Positions 21,109 to 29,907 of a DNA stretch of 64,000 bases are shown here, in pieces (the first letter of the stretch is position 1; each line of letters starts with the position of its first letter). This stretch comes from an uncultured virus (IMG/VR IMGVR_UViG_3300013127_000001) (taxonomy: Duplodnaviria; Heunggongvirae; Uroviricota; Caudoviricetes). The notes under the pieces were generated by a model, which was given only the letters and a program-made list of their open reading frames with translations, searched no databases and was not told the origin of the DNA. Both the position numbers and the translations under genes were made by a program. Where the stretch lies: IMG/VR virus record IMGVR_UViG_3300013127_000001, one strand, 5' to 3'.

Positions 21109-21792
21109 CTAGTCGTCGCCTTCTTCTACTACACCGAATACAGCAGCTACATCCGCTTCTGTGATTTCTTCTTGCGATTCGGCAATGACACTTTCAACTT
21201 GTTTTTCAGTCGGTTCAAGAACCTTTACTGATTCTTTTTTCTTTCTGCCTTTTTTGTTGGCTTTCACTTTTGGAGGAGGAGGCATGATTTCGTCGATATC
21301 AGTTAGATCTGATTTTTGCTCAACCTGCTTAAGCACCGGTTCAAGAACAAGGGAAACATGTGGAGCAGGTTGTATTTCTTTAATTGCGTCAAAAATAAAC
21401 GCAACTCCGTCAGCTTGTTCTCGAGTCAGTACGTTCCTGCCCACTGCCATATCTACCGCAGTCTGCGCTTGTCGAACATGTTCAGGCGAATTGCAAAACA
21501 CTTGAATGTGAGTTGCATTGGCTTGAATCGAAGTAATGATTTCTGAAACAATCGTTTGCGGTTGCTCCATTCGCAAAATTGCCAATTGTTTAGTTGGCTT
21601 TACAGCGACAGGTCCTACAGGTTCAGCTGCTGATGCGTAGTACTTATTGGAAGAAGCTGTTAAATCGCTACCTTTGTGCTGATAACTAGGAAATGTTGGT
21701 GGATTCTTACGTCCTTCCCTTGTACCGCGAAACTCCAACGGCGTCTTTGAGCCGTAATATGCTTTATCAACACTTCGTAGCGGATCAGCCAT
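21109..21792 (-). CDS. Hypothetical protein between RNAP genes
   Basis: 227-aa ORF in operon. Confidence 0.65.
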   Translation of the reverse strand: MADPLRSVDKAYYGSKTPLEFRGTREGRKNPPTFPSYQHKGSDLTASSNKYYASAAEPVGPVAVKPTKQLAILRMEQPQTIVSEIITSIQANATHIQVFCNSPEHVRQAQTAVDMAVGRNVLTREQADGVAFIFDAIKEIQPAPHVSLVLEPVLKQVEQKSDLTDIDEIMPPPPKVKANKKGRKKKESVKVLEPTEKQVESVIAESQEEITEADVAAVFGVVEEGDD

Positions 21793-21793
21793 C

Positions 21794-22018
21794 TTACACC
21801 TTTAGTTTCGTAGAAATAACTGTCTCATTGATTCCTAACTTCTGTAAGTTAGCATTAAAATTCTGATCTTCACAGTGCGAGACTAAAACACTTTCTGAAG
21901 TTCCAAACAAAGCTGCAACACAAACGGGTGTACCGTTTGGCATGCGAATTACCACTTGAGAAGCCTCCACGCGAAGTGGAGGCTGTCCAATGGATTGAAT
22001 AATTTCAACAAAAAACAT
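21794..22018 (-). CDS. Small hypothetical protein between RNAP genes
   Basis: 74 aa, AAAGG RBS, tightly packed. Confidence 0.6.
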   Translation of the reverse strand: MFFVEIIQSIGQPPLRVEASQVVIRMPNGTPVCVAALFGTSESVLVSHCEDQNFNANLQKLGINETVISTKLKV

Positions 22019-22033
22019 CGGATAGCCTTTCTA

Positions 22034-22717
22034 TTAAGAAGCAACCCGATTTCGCAAAACAAGTGCTGCGGCCAGATTCGCAGTATTGCGAGTACTGGCA
22101 TGTGCTTCCTTCAACACTTGCGGATATTCGTACGCAGTGCCTGCTTCCCATTCTTCTCCCGCAGCTTTCATTGGCTGAATAGGTGCAATCTGACCTAAAC
22201 CTCCACCTTTGCCTCCGTCAGGAGTTGCCGCTGCAAAACCAGCACCGCCTTGTGCAATTTGGTTCAAATCTTCCGGCGTTGCGACCATGTCTTGAGCCGG
22301 GATATGAATACCCATAGCATCCACAATCTTAGCCAACATTTTCTTGATCTGCATAATCTCAACGTTGACATCAATCTTAGGCTTGATGCCCGGGCCACCG
22401 GCTTGCGGGCCACTTTGACCGCCGCCACCTCCATTTGCTGCCATTGCTTGCTGAACTGCCATTTGAATCATCGGCATTAATGCAGCCATAGGATCACCAC
22501 CGCCTGACGGAGGCGCACCGCCTGCCGCAGCAGGATCCATTGGAGGCGCACCGCCTGCCGCAGCAGGATCCATTGGAGGCGCACCGCCTGCCGCAGCAGG
22601 ATCACCTCCTGGAGGAGCTGCACCCATAGACGGATCGCCCACAGCCACAAAAGCCATCTTGTCGAGCTGCCGAACGTTTTGGCGAGCCTGTTCCAACAGT
22701 TTAGTGTTAATGGTCAT
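22034..22717 (-). CDS. Gly/Pro/Met-rich low-complexity K-x-A protein
   Basis: LDKMA|F, PMKAA, VLKEA; AAGGAG RBS. Confidence 0.7.
   Translation of the reverse strand: MTINTKLLEQARQNVRQLDKMAFVAVGDPSMGAAPPGGDPAAAGGAPPMDPAAAGGAPPMDPAAAGGAPPSGGGDPMAALMPMIQMAVQQAMAANGGGGGQSGPQAGGPGIKPKIDVNVEIMQIKKMLAKIVDAMGIHIPAQDMVATPEDLNQIAQGGAGFAAATPDGGKGGGLGQIAPIQPMKAAGEEWEAGTAYEYPQVLKEAHASTRNTANLAAALVLRNRVAS
22509..22603. repeat. 33-bp tandem repeat (~2.9 copies) encoding MDPAAAGGAPP
   Basis: ggaggcgcaccgcctgccgcagcaggatccatt repeated. Confidence 0.95.
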
Positions 22718-22744
22718 CAGAAACTCCTTATCTGCTTCAAGCAG

Positions 22745-25700
22745 TTATGATTCTAAGATTTGAACGCGATCATCAATAGACACATCGCCTCGTTCGTAAG
22801 CACGACGCATGTCTGCAAGCGTACGAAAAATCTTTTTCGGTCGCTCGCTTACCGACTTAGTCGCGTGATACAGACCACCAATATACTCATTTGCTGGTGC
22901 GTGCATCACTGACTTAAAGTCTGACAGACTAAACAAGTTTCGGCTAGGCAAAAGTCTTTCAATTGCCTCTTTCCTTGCTTCTTCAGTACTTGGAACGTGG
23001 TAGTTCATAGCATCGCCATCAAAATCCGCATTGAAACCTTTTACAATTAGCGGACTGATTTGCAATGTGCTGCCTTTGGTAATTCTAGGCTTCATAGCCA
23101 TAATTCCAAACTTGTGAAGCACCGGCGCACGGCTAATATACACCGGCCGATTGTCCATTTCTTCCATCAGTATTTCACGTGCTAGCTTAGTCTTGTTTGC
23201 AACTTGCTCTCGAGCAGCTCGCAAAGACATACCCTGGCGAACAAGACGACGAGTTACAAACTTATCGTATGCTTTGAAAGCTTGCTCTTCCGGCAATCCA
23301 ACTGAGTCCATATCCAGGTCTGGATTCGGGGTAATTACAGCCCGGCCAACATTATCTACCGTGGTAGAAATCAGTTTACGTTGTAACGTACCGAACTTCG
23401 GGCTGCTTCCAAATACGGATTTTAAGATGCCTTGAACCTTACGATCGCGGCTTTTTTGACTGATTGGATCTCCTAATCCAGTTACCGCCTTAAACGCATT
23501 GTAAGTTGCCAAGCGTTCTGGTCCGGACGCATTTGAACCAAGCTCACCTTGAATTGCTTTCAAGTTTGAGTTCGCTTCAAACAACTCCTTGTACAAATAG
23601 TTTGCATCGTTAATTAGCGGCATGTCGTTAGACATCATACTTACTGGCCTGAATTGCGGTGGCAATACAGGCACTTTCGAGAGCACATAATCACTAGGTT
23701 TCAATCCAAGCTTTTGTGCGCTTTTAAGATAACCTAGTTTACGCACTGCTGCGTCTCGTTCTGAAGCTCGACCTGCCGAAATAACATTACGCGTCTTTTC
23801 AATCTCTTTCTCGAGATTCATGTCCTCAAGCGCTTTCTTTATTGCCTGAGGCCCGCTGCCGTGCTTAGATAAGTTTTCAGTGCCAGTAATAATGCCTTGA
23901 AATTGCTTTTGCGTTAGCCCTAGCATTTTACGAATCGGTTCTTCCATAACAGGATTTGGCATTGGCTCATGCAGTCGCATAAAGCTCCAACGATTTCCAC
24001 CGTGTCCACCTGTTTTAGAACGATCAAACAAACCGCCTGGAATTTCTTTTAGATCGTTATTCCAGTCAACACCTTCCGCACTGGTAATCTCACGATCACC
24101 CGCAAGCTCATCAATGTCTTTGTCTGTTAAAGCCATGATGTTGGTTTGAGTGCCTTGCTTAACTACGTTCACACCTGCTGCTCGAAGTTGGTTGACAAAC
24201 TTCTGATAAACATGCGGAACCTTAGTAGCTTGCGGATTGTAACCTGACATAAACTGAAGCCAGTATTGATCGTTCTTCTGTCCGCGAACTGCGCTAATGT
24301 CTTGTAACGTAGATGTTGCGCCGTGAGACAGCAGTGCGTTAGTATCAAGCATACCAATGCGCTTTGAACCTTCAGCTCCACCTTTTGCCGGTGTATCTTC
24401 CATCGTGTAAGCACCACCGCCGCGACCTTGAGTTTTACTTTCGGCCGTATGATGCAGCTTCATGAAAAACCGATTACCGGTAGCAATACCCTTAATCTTT
24501 TGCTCTTTTGAAGGATCGACAATATCCTCCAAATCTGATAATCCTTCTTTGCCTAACTCCTGCATGACCCACTCAGCCATGTCTTTAGAACTATCAAAGT
24601 CTTGTACCTTGATTGGTTTTCCTCGCTTAGCTGCAATTTTACCCAGAAGCAGCTCTGCCATTTGCGCTGGATTCGTTCGCGTAATTACGCCGAGAGGATT
24701 CAATAACACTTCAAAAAGCTGACCGTCGGCACCACGCGGCATTTGATCATCTGGAATGACGTCAGCAATGACCCCTTTGTCCCCATAACGTCCCGATAGT
24801 TTATCTCCAACTTTAGTCGTGCTGGCAGCTTTAACAACAACAGTCGGCCCTGTTTTACCCATGACTACGTCGGTAACAACTCCAGGGTCATGATGGTTCC
24901 AAAGCACAGTTGCGTCGTTAAAGCCTGACTGACTTTGCTTGTGAACTTTGTTGTACGCAGATTCTTTTTGAGTCGCCCCCAAGATCAACGGATCACCATA
25001 CTGCACTTCCGTACCTGGCTTAATAACACCATTGTCATCCAGTTTAGCTAACGTAGCCTTGTCAAACTTGCCGGGGAAAAGCTGAATGAACGACTTCTTC
25101 CCAAACTTAGTTTTATCGTTTAACTCCAACTCATGTTGGTACATGTGCTCAGAGGCCATCTTTTTTGCAAAGCCTTCTGAAATTACTACTGCGTCTTCAA
25201 AGTTTTTACCTTGCCAAGCAATGTAAGCTGTACGGGCATTGCGCCCTAAAGCTGTAGCGCCGGTAGAATCAGTAAAGTTAGAACGAGCTAACAGCTGATT
25301 TGGCGTAAATCTGTCCCCAGGCCTGACAGCTGCGGCCTGATGAATAAACGTCTTACGGTTAAAAGGAAAATTCTGATACAAGTCATGAGTTTCTTCAGAG
25401 CCGTCCTCGTAACGTACTTTGATTTCGTCATCTGTGACCGCAGTAACTATACCCCCCTTTGGAGCTCGCAAAGCGCCCATTGCTTTAGCATACTGCTCTT
25501 CAAAACTTTCACTACCATCAGTGCCTGGAACTGCGGACTGAACCAGCGGTGCCTCGGCTTCTCGAATTGGTAATGCTTGCGTTGTCATACGGCTAGCCAT
25601 GACCAAACGCTGACCTTTGACTTGACTCTTCATTGGAATGATGTTTGACAATGGATTGAATGCCTCTTCCATTGCAGGAAGCTCAAGATCAATCTCACTC

Positions 25701-27193
25701 TTAGGTACATACATCATCTTGCCGCCACGCATAGCCGCTACTCGAGGACTATCACTTTGTTGACTACCGGGAAACCCGATAGTCATGTCCGCAACTTGCT
25801 GTGGTGTTTTGAACATCAGCTCGCCAGTACGAACATCCCTAAACTGAGAATACAGCTTGCCATCACTGCCTTTCTTTGCTCCTCTCGCAAGATAAGTATC
25901 AACACCTACTTTTCCTGACTCGGGTGTACGCAACGGATCCACGTAACCGAACATAGAAGGCTGAACGCTTCTAGCTTCTTTCGGAATTGCGTCAGTGCTT
26001 GGAATCCCGCCCTCACCTAGACGACTTACCGCCGTAGTTTTGTCATATAGCTCAGCCGGGTTAATTTCTTCAATCGCCTGTCCAAGTCCGCTAGTCATCA
26101 ACGCAGCCATTAGTTGCTTACCTAATGCGCTTGAAGGCATACTTTGTAAATTACCTTTTCCAGATATTTGCCAAAGCAGCTGTCTACGCAATCCACCTTT
26201 ATCTCTCGCAATGCGTTCAGCAAACAAGTCTTCAGGCCCCATAAATTGCTGATATGTTAAAGCATCACGATCGTCAGGTTCTTCTTCGTTACGACTGACT
26301 CTTACAAGCTTCTTCGTAATGTCTAAGACTGCATCTAATGTTAGATTTTTGTGTGGTTTGCCCAGCGTGCGACGTGTGACTTCTGGATCCAGTTCCATCT
26401 TGGCAAACTTATCAATCAATGCTTGACGCTGACTAGGTTCATCACCTTGCATCTCTTTTGCACTAAGAAACTTTTGCTTTAGCTTCTTGTATTCTGCCGC
26501 ATCATCAGCATTGTAATTGGAGGCAAAAAGATCTCTTCCCCAAGCCTCTTTCATTTGATCTGGAGTTGCTCCTAGGGCTTTTAGCAGCGGAGTTAAACCT
26601 ACCGTACCTTGCCCGACGCGAATTTTGAATTGACCTTTTTCTGGGTCAAGAAAATATCGGTGAGATACACCTTTGCCTGGCATGATGTTAGCGTGCGACT
26701 CGATTTCACCATTATCTCGAACGCGTGTGTAAACCCCAGGCAATAATCGCTGCTGGTTCTTCAGCGTATACTCTGTGCCATTATTGATAAACGTACCGCG
26801 TTCAGTTAGGTAAGGAACGCTAGCCAAGACAGATCGCTTACGATCAATAACTTGCTGTGTTGCGTTATCAACAAGTTCCCAGGTGCCTCGCAGCCTTCTG
26901 CCGCGACTTAATCCGTTCAAGATTGCGGCCTTCTGGTCTCGCTTACTGACTCGTTCAGGATCTTGATAGTCAACTTCCGACAAACGCAGCGTGTGCCGGT
27001 CATTTGATATAGGCTCAATGCTTCTAGCCGCACTCAGCACATTATCGTAAATCCTAGTCCTAGTCTTGTCGGTGTCACCAAAGTCACGGTAATCGACCGC
27101 GGAAGCTGGTGGTTGCACCGGAGCAACTGGAGGAGCCGGAGTTAAGAGCGAAGGTGCGTTAGGCTCAAGCAAATTTGGCGTGAGCGGCTCCAT
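22745..27193 (-). CDS. Phage RNA polymerase large subunit: full beta fused to the beta' N-terminal part with the catalytic motif
   Basis: beta motifs GTFINNGTE, DPLRTPESGKVG, NFEDAVVISE, GDKLSGRYGDKGVI, LNPLGV, MKLHH; beta' motifs PVLPPQFRP, GRAVI, RAPVLH, NADFDGD (23012-23032). Confidence 0.95.
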   Translation of the reverse strand: MEPLTPNLLEPNAPSLLTPAPPVAPVQPPASAVDYRDFGDTDKTRTRIYDNVLSAARSIEPISNDRHTLRLSEVDYQDPERVSKRDQKAAILNGLSRGRRLRGTWELVDNATQQVIDRKRSVLASVPYLTERGTFINNGTEYTLKNQQRLLPGVYTRVRDNGEIESHANIMPGKGVSHRYFLDPEKGQFKIRVGQGTVGLTPLLKALGATPDQMKEAWGRDLFASNYNADDAAEYKKLKQKFLSAKEMQGDEPSQRQALIDKFAKMELDPEVTRRTLGKPHKNLTLDAVLDITKKLVRVSRNEEEPDDRDALTYQQFMGPEDLFAERIARDKGGLRRQLLWQISGKGNLQSMPSSALGKQLMAALMTSGLGQAIEEINPAELYDKTTAVSRLGEGGIPSTDAIPKEARSVQPSMFGYVDPLRTPESGKVGVDTYLARGAKKGSDGKLYSQFRDVRTGELMFKTPQQVADMTIGFPGSQQSDSPRVAAMRGGKMMYVPKSEIDLELPAMEEAFNPLSNIIPMKSQVKGQRLVMASRMTTQALPIREAEAPLVQSAVPGTDGSESFEEQYAKAMGALRAPKGGIVTAVTDDEIKVRYEDGSEETHDLYQNFPFNRKTFIHQAAAVRPGDRFTPNQLLARSNFTDSTGATALGRNARTAYIAWQGKNFEDAVVISEGFAKKMASEHMYQHELELNDKTKFGKKSFIQLFPGKFDKATLAKLDDNGVIKPGTEVQYGDPLILGATQKESAYNKVHKQSQSGFNDATVLWNHHDPGVVTDVVMGKTGPTVVVKAASTTKVGDKLSGRYGDKGVIADVIPDDQMPRGADGQLFEVLLNPLGVITRTNPAQMAELLLGKIAAKRGKPIKVQDFDSSKDMAEWVMQELGKEGLSDLEDIVDPSKEQKIKGIATGNRFFMKLHHTAESKTQGRGGGAYTMEDTPAKGGAEGSKRIGMLDTNALLSHGATSTLQDISAVRGQKNDQYWLQFMSGYNPQATKVPHVYQKFVNQLRAAGVNVVKQGTQTNIMALTDKDIDELAGDREITSAEGVDWNNDLKEIPGGLFDRSKTGGHGGNRWSFMRLHEPMPNPVMEEPIRKMLGLTQKQFQGIITGTENLSKHGSGPQAIKKALEDMNLEKEIEKTRNVISAGRASERDAAVRKLGYLKSAQKLGLKPSDYVLSKVPVLPPQFRPVSMMSNDMPLINDANYLYKELFEANSNLKAIQGELGSNASGPERLATYNAFKAVTGLGDPISQKSRDRKVQGILKSVFGSSPKFGTLQRKLISTTVDNVGRAVITPNPDLDMDSVGLPEEQAFKAYDKFVTRRLVRQGMSLRAAREQVANKTKLAREILMEEMDNRPVYISRAPVLHKFGIMAMKPRITKGSTLQISPLIVKGFNADFDGDAMNYHVPSTEEARKEAIERLLPSRNLFSLSDFKSVMHAPANEYIGGLYHATKSVSERPKKIFRTLADMRRAYERGDVSIDDRVQILES

Positions 27194-27196
27194 CAC

Positions 27197-28078
27197 TTAT
27201 TCTTGCTCCGACTCAACAGGCGTAGGAACTGCGTAAATCTCGGGTGGTTGTATTTTAGCTTGGCGTCTTGCTCGTTCTTCCATCGCTTTTCGCAATAAAG
27301 ATTGCTTACTGTTTCTTTGCATCGCTTTGTTGACTAAGTGATAGCCCAACGGTGCTGTTGCCGCAGTGTAAGCTAAACCCAAACCTAAACCAGCTCCAGT
27401 CAGATTTGGTGATATCTTATCAGCTAACCATGCAAGTGTAGACTTAGATTGCTCGGGATCTGCTTGTTTATACAAGTTGAACGCAGTATCTAGCGCTTCG
27501 TCAGTTCCTTTTTTGTAAGAGCCAAGCAACGCTTTTTCATACTCTGCCTTGGCTCGATCAAGATCGCTGTCAACTTCTTTTTCTCGCTGCTTATTCAGAA
27601 TCGCGTCAACACCTTTCCAGCCGCCGTAAGCTGCCAGCGGTGCACCTAGTAACATTGCTGGAGCAAAGTAATCCAAGCCAATTTGGGAAGTAGCTTTAGA
27701 GTTATCGTTACCAAAAAGCGCTTGCTTCTCAGGATAAGCAACGGGCATTTCTACCGTACGCTGTGTTTTTTTACGACGCTTACTGTCTGACAAATTAGTC
27801 AAACCAGAGTAACCACGAACAGCTGCACCTAAACCACCTGCCAACAACATAGTTTTTATGATGTTTTTGGTCGCATCTTCTTGCAGCTTAGTATTATGTC
27901 TTTGCTGTACATGTGCGTTTATTACTGCCGGATCGACTAAAGGCTTCGGCCCGGCTACGCTTTTGAATGCACCTTTGAGTCCGCTCGTGGCGTTGCCGAT
28001 AAGTGAGCTTAAACTCCAACCTTCGTTTTCAGCTTTTTTGATCTCTCCAAGCAAATTTTTAGCGTCGTTTGCGTCCAT
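27197..28078 (-). CDS. Glycine-zipper K-x-A protein
   Basis: IKKA, PEKQA|LF, LYKQA, each followed by a hydrophobic Gly/Ala segment. Confidence 0.7.
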   Translation of the reverse strand: MDANDAKNLLGEIKKAENEGWSLSSLIGNATSGLKGAFKSVAGPKPLVDPAVINAHVQQRHNTKLQEDATKNIIKTMLLAGGLGAAVRGYSGLTNLSDSKRRKKTQRTVEMPVAYPEKQALFGNDNSKATSQIGLDYFAPAMLLGAPLAAYGGWKGVDAILNKQREKEVDSDLDRAKAEYEKALLGSYKKGTDEALDTAFNLYKQADPEQSKSTLAWLADKISPNLTGAGLGLGLAYTAATAPLGYHLVNKAMQRNSKQSLLRKAMEERARRQAKIQPPEIYAVPTPVESEQE

Positions 28079-28094
28079 GAAACAGCCCTGCAAA

Positions 28095-28463
28095 TCAAAG
28101 GTTAGGAGTGTAAGGCGTTGGTTTTCCGTCTTCCAGGAAATACTCCAGCCATTCTACATAAATGTGATGAAACTTGTCGCCGTCAATTCGCCAGCGTTCG
28201 ATAAACACTAGTTGATACCAAGAGTTAGCAATACCATCCATTATTTTCAGGTAAACTGCATTTTGCTCAGGATCACCAGTGTAAAACGTACCGTTTTTTG
28301 GATCAGCTACACGTACAACCCGTTCTTCGTACTCTTCATTGCGAAGTAACGGTGGTTGTTGCCCCCGGAAAGGTAAACCATCAATATCAGCCCGTTCCCA
28401 ATATAGCTGACCACGCCCATTACCGTCCTTGTGGCTTGTGAACTTAACCAAACTGTTAGTCAT
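28095..28463 (-). CDS. Hypothetical protein
   Basis: 122 aa, AAGGGG RBS. Confidence 0.65.
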   Translation of the reverse strand: MTNSLVKFTSHKDGNGRGQLYWERADIDGLPFRGQQPPLLRNEEYEERVVRVADPKNGTFYTGDPEQNAVYLKIMDGIANSWYQLVFIERWRIDGDKFHHIYVEWLEYFLEDGKPTPYTPNL

Positions 28464-28471
28464 GCAACCCC

Positions 28472-28894
28472 TTACAAGTAAACGCGACCAGTACGTTTGC
28501 GATCTTTCTTGTACTGTCGCAACTGTTGTTGTCGATTAAGTTGTTGAGACATTCGACGATATGTATCAATCAATTCTTGTTTTTTCACGTCTTCAACCGC
28601 TGCGGCATCATCGACGTCTGTTGCTTTGTTTGACATGTAAGCCGCCAGTCCGCCGATTGCCGGAGGAGCTGCCAAGCCCAGCATAGCTAAAGGTATAGTC
28701 GATTTAGCCAAGTCAATCGTAGATTTGCCGGTGTCAACTGTCGCCTTAAGTGGATTATTGACAAAATCCATAAAAGCTTGCTTGCTAAAGCAATCCGCAG
28801 CTTGCTTAGCCAAGTTGTGAGTCTGTTCAGGAGACAATCCTTCTTCCACGCAACGCGCTAAGAATCCTAGTTTGAACGCTTCTTGTGGTAGCAT
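28472..28894 (-). CDS. Small K-x-A protein with one hydrophobic segment
   Basis: AKQAA, FSKQA|F, then LAMLGLAAPPAIGGLAAY. Confidence 0.7.
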   Translation of the reverse strand: MLPQEAFKLGFLARCVEEGLSPEQTHNLAKQAADCFSKQAFMDFVNNPLKATVDTGKSTIDLAKSTIPLAMLGLAAPPAIGGLAAYMSNKATDVDDAAAVEDVKKQELIDTYRRMSQQLNRQQQLRQYKKDRKRTGRVYL

Positions 28895-28908
28895 CCCTGC
28901 TGCTCCTA

Positions 28909-29043
28909 TTAACTGTTTTTGCTGAATAGGCTTTTGACTTTGTCAATTGCCAACTGATACAGAGACTTGACCCACGCCGGTTGTGGTAAAACATTCCACC
29001 CGACAATCAAGCCAGCTACAAACGCTAAAACATATTCGAGCAT
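28909..29043 (-). CDS. 44-aa membrane peptide (below the ORF-track cutoff)
   Basis: GGAGG RBS; MLEYVLAFVAGLIVGWNVLPQPAWVKSLYQLAIDKVKSLFSKNS; fills the gap between neighbours. Confidence 0.7.
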   Translation of the reverse strand: MLEYVLAFVAGLIVGWNVLPQPAWVKSLYQLAIDKVKSLFSKNS

Positions 29044-29057
29044 GATGACCTCCAAGG

Positions 29058-29465
29058 TTAACCGTCAATCGGATTGTTTTTAAGCGTGGACAAGCTAGAG
29101 GGCATGACCACGGTCACAGGCAAATCCATTGCCTTATGACGCCGCACAGTCGGATCCTGAGGAATGCCTTGCTCTTTGGCTTTTCGTACCAACTCAATGG
29201 CTTCCTCAATAAACTTCATGTGTCGTTCTACTTCATCAGAGTGCATGAAGCCTTCATTGTCTTTCTTCTTGCCGTTAGACAACATTTCACTGATCGCGTT
29301 TAGACGATACAGAAATTCACGCACAGAAACAACACCGTAGCCGTTGTCTCGACTATCTTCCCAATGTAATTGTCCTCTATCTGCCCACCAACGAACAGCT
29401 CGAGGATTATTACGCGGACCGAAGAAAACAACTCCGGCGTTGTTCGTGTTCAACAATATCGTCAT
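29058..29465 (-). CDS. Hypothetical protein
   Basis: 135 aa, AAGGA RBS. Confidence 0.65.
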   Translation of the reverse strand: MTILLNTNNAGVVFFGPRNNPRAVRWWADRGQLHWEDSRDNGYGVVSVREFLYRLNAISEMLSNGKKKDNEGFMHSDEVERHMKFIEEAIELVRKAKEQGIPQDPTVRRHKAMDLPVTVVMPSSLSTLKNNPIDG

Positions 29466-29487
29466 CGCAGTCCTTCAATTCCGGAAT

Positions 29488-29898
29488 TTAGAAAATGATA
29501 GGTTCAGTCAAAGCCGCAGCACTGCCAGCTTCAATGTTTGTAGTCCAGCCCAACTTGGAGAAAATATTCACCATAGCGTCGATCCAGGCGCTGGCCAACG
29601 TCAAAATCAAGCTACGTAATGCCGTATCTAACAACCCTTCCAGCGGGCCAGGTAATCCAGTCAACGGAATAGGTCGAATGACAATGTCGTAAAAACGACC
29701 TATTGCCAGCAAAACTACGTCTTTCTTGTCGTGACCGCTGCCATAACCCAGACTCTCGACAAGTCGAATGAACGTAGCCGTTGCATTGTAAACCAGACTT
29801 AACGCGTCGTTAAAAGATAGCTTACCATCTTCCACTCGCTCGCGATAAGTTTGATTGATCTGTTCAATTGAATCCTTCAAGTCATCGTACAAGCCCAT
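29488..29898 (-). CDS. Amphipathic helical hypothetical protein
   Basis: 136 aa, AAGG RBS. Confidence 0.6.
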   Translation of the reverse strand: MGLYDDLKDSIEQINQTYRERVEDGKLSFNDALSLVYNATATFIRLVESLGYGSGHDKKDVVLLAIGRFYDIVIRPIPLTGLPGPLEGLLDTALRSLILTLASAWIDAMVNIFSKLGWTTNIEAGSAAALTEPIIF

Positions 29899-29907
29899 AA
29901 TGCACCT

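Noticed and set aside
10868..22603. Short tandem repeats as possible CRISPR arrays
   Set aside because: No spacers; units are multiples of 3 inside coding sequence; no cas genes.
21094..22744. Intron or intein interrupting beta'
   Set aside because: Both RNAP genes have their own start and stop, and the gap holds three ordinary ORFs with no homing endonuclease or intron-like features.
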